DNA of 64,000 nt, taken from the NCBI GenBank assembly GCA_030704615.1, contig CM060731.1, forward strand, positions 23,560,001 to 23,624,000, in the 5' to 3' direction. Under the pieces are notes generated by a model that saw nothing but the letters and a program-made list of their open reading frames with translations, was not told where the DNA came from and did not search any database. Made by a program: the position numbers and the translations under genes. The DNA comes from Takakia lepidozioides. Lineage: Eukaryota > Plantae > Bryophyta. Positions 60,337-64,000 of the stretch are shown here, piece by piece (position 1 is the first letter of the stretch; every line of letters starts with the position of its first letter).

Positions 60337-63300
60337 GGGCACCCCCCACTGTGTTTTCTAACAAAACTTTGTTTCTACGCTACGAAGGGTGTGCGGATGA
60401 GTACACCAGCTTTCCCTTGATCCTTGCAGAATAATGCCTGCCCCTGCTTTCTCCCACCCATCATCCGCTTTAGGGTCTGTTTTAGCACGCAAGTCCAATG
60501 CAACTAAAACCGCTGCTAGATAATTTTCTCTGCTCTCATTACTCCTCCTTCCTCTCCTCTAAAGCATGACTGATCCCCTCCAAAAACTTTCCATAAAACA
60601 ATGCTGCCATTTCTCCACCTCCCCGTCTCTTCCTCCCACACCCGGATACTCCTCCAAGTGGCAAGATTTGGAGCCCTTCCCTTACTGATTCACCTCGGGT
60701 GGGTTACGGGCCCACATTTCGAGTTGTGTGAGTAACGACGTCCCCACACATTATCCAAGGCTCCAGTTTGAGCTCGAGCATGGACGACGAGATCATAAAG
60801 TGACCCGAGCCTAGAACGAGTATCCCGCCCATTTTATCATCTTCCAAAATACAGAGGGGGCATTCTCCGACCACCAAAGGCATTCACTTGCATTGTGCAA
60901 GTTGCGTTGTACAAAAACCAAGCAGGCTGGGCCCAGCATTCGAGTGAATCCCTTTGACAAAGTAGTACATGTGGATTTTTTGGGGGAACAATTTTGTTCT
61001 TCACTGTAGATTTGGACCCTTGCCACATTGAAGTGGGGGTCACGGTTAGATTCTGGGTTTCTTGAGAGGCTGTTGGGCCCACTGTAACACTATACAAGTC
61101 AACTAAACAATAGTGTATGCCAATTACACGGTTAGTTTCCTTGCAATCTAACACGGAAACTTTGATCCCCCAAGGTTAGTAATCTGGACATGATTGTCAA
61201 CATTGATCTAAAGGGACTCTTTCTAATGCAATGTGTGTGCCAAAGGAGCACTATTTCTGGAAGACGGCCTGCAGAAAGTTGGGTTGATAGGAAACTGAAG
61301 ATTGGGGACTGTGATGGTGAACATTTTGGAAGATTGAACCCAACATCACCTTCATTGGCACTGACAAGGAACTAACCCACATGCAAAAACTTCACCAATT
61401 TAAATAAAAAAGATTCAGTGGATTGACATTGTCAGTCAGGCTGTTCATTCATCTAGCTCATCAGTTGGTAATTATGGACTAGCACTTACTACTGTCCCCT
61501 AAAAGGCTGCACTGTTGATGTACTGGTTCTGACTCCTGAGGAGCGCCAAGTTAAGTTAGGTGCAGCCAGTCAGAACTGTAAGCCTTAAGGCCTAGAAGCC
61601 TGAATACATAGGAGGAAATTATCACCATCATCTAGCAGAAGAAGTCTCATGTTGTGAAGTTCAAGTAAGTAGCAAGTTCATCAGCTTTCAAGCTGTCAAA
61701 CGACAGCCCAGTACTGTTAGGGGATTGGCCTTCCATAGTAGTTGGCCAAATTGCACAGCCAATGTTGGAGCTTACGGGACACACTACACGGTCGGTGGGG
61801 TAGACCGTAGGAGGAAGTTTGGTGGGATGAGGAGCGGAAGGAGATTTGCTAATTAAATTTTAGTCTGCTTCTGTCATGAGTCCTCCCGCAGCACAGTACA
61901 GCCTGTCTAGAAATGATTGTCAAAAGATCCGGCCAAAAGTAAAGGAACCCAATTATTTTGGTGCTGCCCTCGACCTTTTGATGATTTGAAGCTTTGGATT
62001 GGACGTCACTAAGCGAGCTCTTGACAAGTACCAATCATGGTGGGTTTCCATGCAATAGTTAATGCTCGTGTTAGGAGATGGAGGATCTCGAATCTGCCGA
62101 AGTTGAATCAGAACCCATCATCTGAGCTAGCAATCAACAGTGACGACCTTAAGGTGTTGTCTTGATATTAAATGGAAGCAAAGCTTTGCAAGATGCGAAA
62201 GGATTCTGATTGATGAAACATGGATTCTTTTCTTGCAATGAGGTGACGGACGGTAACTAGTCGTGTAGTCCCCGAAAACATATATTATAAGCTTAGCAGC
62301 GTATTTCGGAAGTGCAGCTGCCTTCTTCTTCCTCCGGAAATTTCACATGCAATGCATTGTGCGGTACTATTTTGGAGGTCTACGCAGTTTCTGTATTTGA
62401 AAAGAAAGAGACGATGCTGTTGATAATTTTAAGTGATTCAATGTTCAGTCCACGAGCCTTGACTCAGATCAGACAAGAAGACAACCCATGCTGACCACTG
62501 TTACTGCACATTTGAAGAAAAATGCGAACCCGGGTGGCAGATGCCATAGCCGGCCCGTTCCATCTCCGGTGCAAACCGAACGGGCCGGTGCAAGGAAGGG
62601 AGAGCTCCAAGATGAGAGTGGGTCTGGTGGATCGGCGGGTGCAAGACATAGATAGAATGAGTTCCGAATTTAGTGAGGCCGGGAGTTCAAATTGCCTGAT
62701 TACATAACTCATTGTACCTCGCATTGACAAATGTCATGCTGCAGTGGGAGGTTGGCCGGACTGCATTTCCCTGTGAACAACACGGCCCGTTGGCCTAATT
62801 GCGAGCTCGCACAGTGCAGAACCACTTGAGCAAACACGGCTCTTCGCTGTAATCGGCAAAGGGCGGACCCCACCTTCGTGTTGGGAGATCGTCGCGGCCG
62901 GTTCTGAGATACTTCATCGTTCAGTGAGATTGTAGCTGGAACAGTAAGAAGAATGTGAGTTGGAGTTAAGACATCTGGAGAATCCTTGACCAGTTGGACA
63001 ATCTCCAGTTATTTTGCGACCAACCATGGGATCTCTTATCACTCGTCCCAAATCTTACTGCACGCAGGCAGAGAACAAAGGTAAAGACAAAGTTTGCTTA
63101 AAAACGAAAAAAAAATGCAGCGAAACTCTCACAGCGGCCATGCAACAACAGAACCTGCGAGTAAAGGAACCGTGAACACGGTTGGGGCCGACCTTGGAAT
63201 GCGCACCACCATGAATGCGTCCATGGACTTTTATGGTGGGCCCCGGAAGATTGCGGTGGAGATGGGTACAACTGCAGCAGTCCCACTCCCATCGCCACAG

Positions 63301-64000
63301 CCATCGCTCCCGGGTGTGTTACTCTCCTGAATCTGACCAAAGCTGCTAGAGTGAACGCGTCCGATTTTTTGGTTCAAAATAGCTTCGGCTGGTGACAGAA
63401 ACATGCTGACACAATCACAATCGTCTTCTTTTCTATGACCCAGTGGCGAAGCTTCTTGCAGGACGGCTCTTGCATCCATTGTCGGGCCCTGCTGATGATG
63501 ACAATTCCCAACTGGGCCAAGAACCCACCCTTTAAATAAAGCTGTACAGGTTTTCATCATCTTTTCAAGGGACTCCTCACTTGTATACTCGATTTCATTC
63601 AATTCACGTTACACGACCTTTCTGTTTCTCTTTATTCTTTATCCTTACCTGCCGGCCGTTCGAAAGGTTTTGAACACTTTACTACTGGAGACAAGAAAAG
63701 CAGCTATGTAGGTGTAGCAAATCTGGTCCTGTTGTATGGTCATTTGGTGGTCAAATCTAGTTCGAAGTTAAATTTTGACCTAGTAGTCAATCATTCTGCA
63801 TGTAGCAGATGTGAACTACAAAAACAGTTCAGCAGGACAAAAACCCACATGTAGTGCAGCCAGCCACGGGCTCTTGGGGTTGGTCATAGAGGACGGCTGT
63901 ACATGCATGCACGAAATTAAATACTGAATGAGGATCATATCCGTCTTCATACAACCGACATATGGGTTTTATCCGCCACCGTCCTCAGTACATAATCCAC

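Noticed and set aside
61800-63700. Short ORFs near the window end (e.g. 63231-63602)
   Set aside because: No identifiable domain or consistent exon chain; may be a decayed gene fragment but cannot be supported.

Overview
Eukaryotic, transposon-dense nuclear DNA, most likely from a seed-free land plant (inferred from a moss/fern-style PLS-DYW PPR gene, an SGR5-class IDD gene and fungal-like chromoviruses). Two genes look intact: an intronless PLS-E-DYW RNA-editing factor (31395-34328, -) and a 6-exon SGR5/IDD14-16-type zinc-finger gene (53957-60336, -). A decayed XS-domain/RING gene lies at about 49550-52400. Most of the first 49 kb is a nest of decayed elements that can be ordered from their target-site duplications: an L1/Tx1-type LINE, two copies each of two chromovirus families (A1/A2, B1/B2), a MITE, and a 6.7-kb RLE/RNase H LINE insertion carrying PPR fragments. 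An inversion of about 18 kb splits both the LINE and A1. Highlights: (1) a ~9-kb Mutator-like element whose GCM-like/DDE/SWIM transposase is head-to-head with an intron-containing ParB-like + beta-class N4C/N6A methyltransferase gene; (2) a Ty3/gypsy element with a C5 cytosine methyltransferase before RT and a PHD finger after integrase; (3) a PPR code that points to a Ser-to-Phe edit in the EAYPGDVF motif of plastid atpA. All protein calls come from motif recognition by eye; no searches were run.
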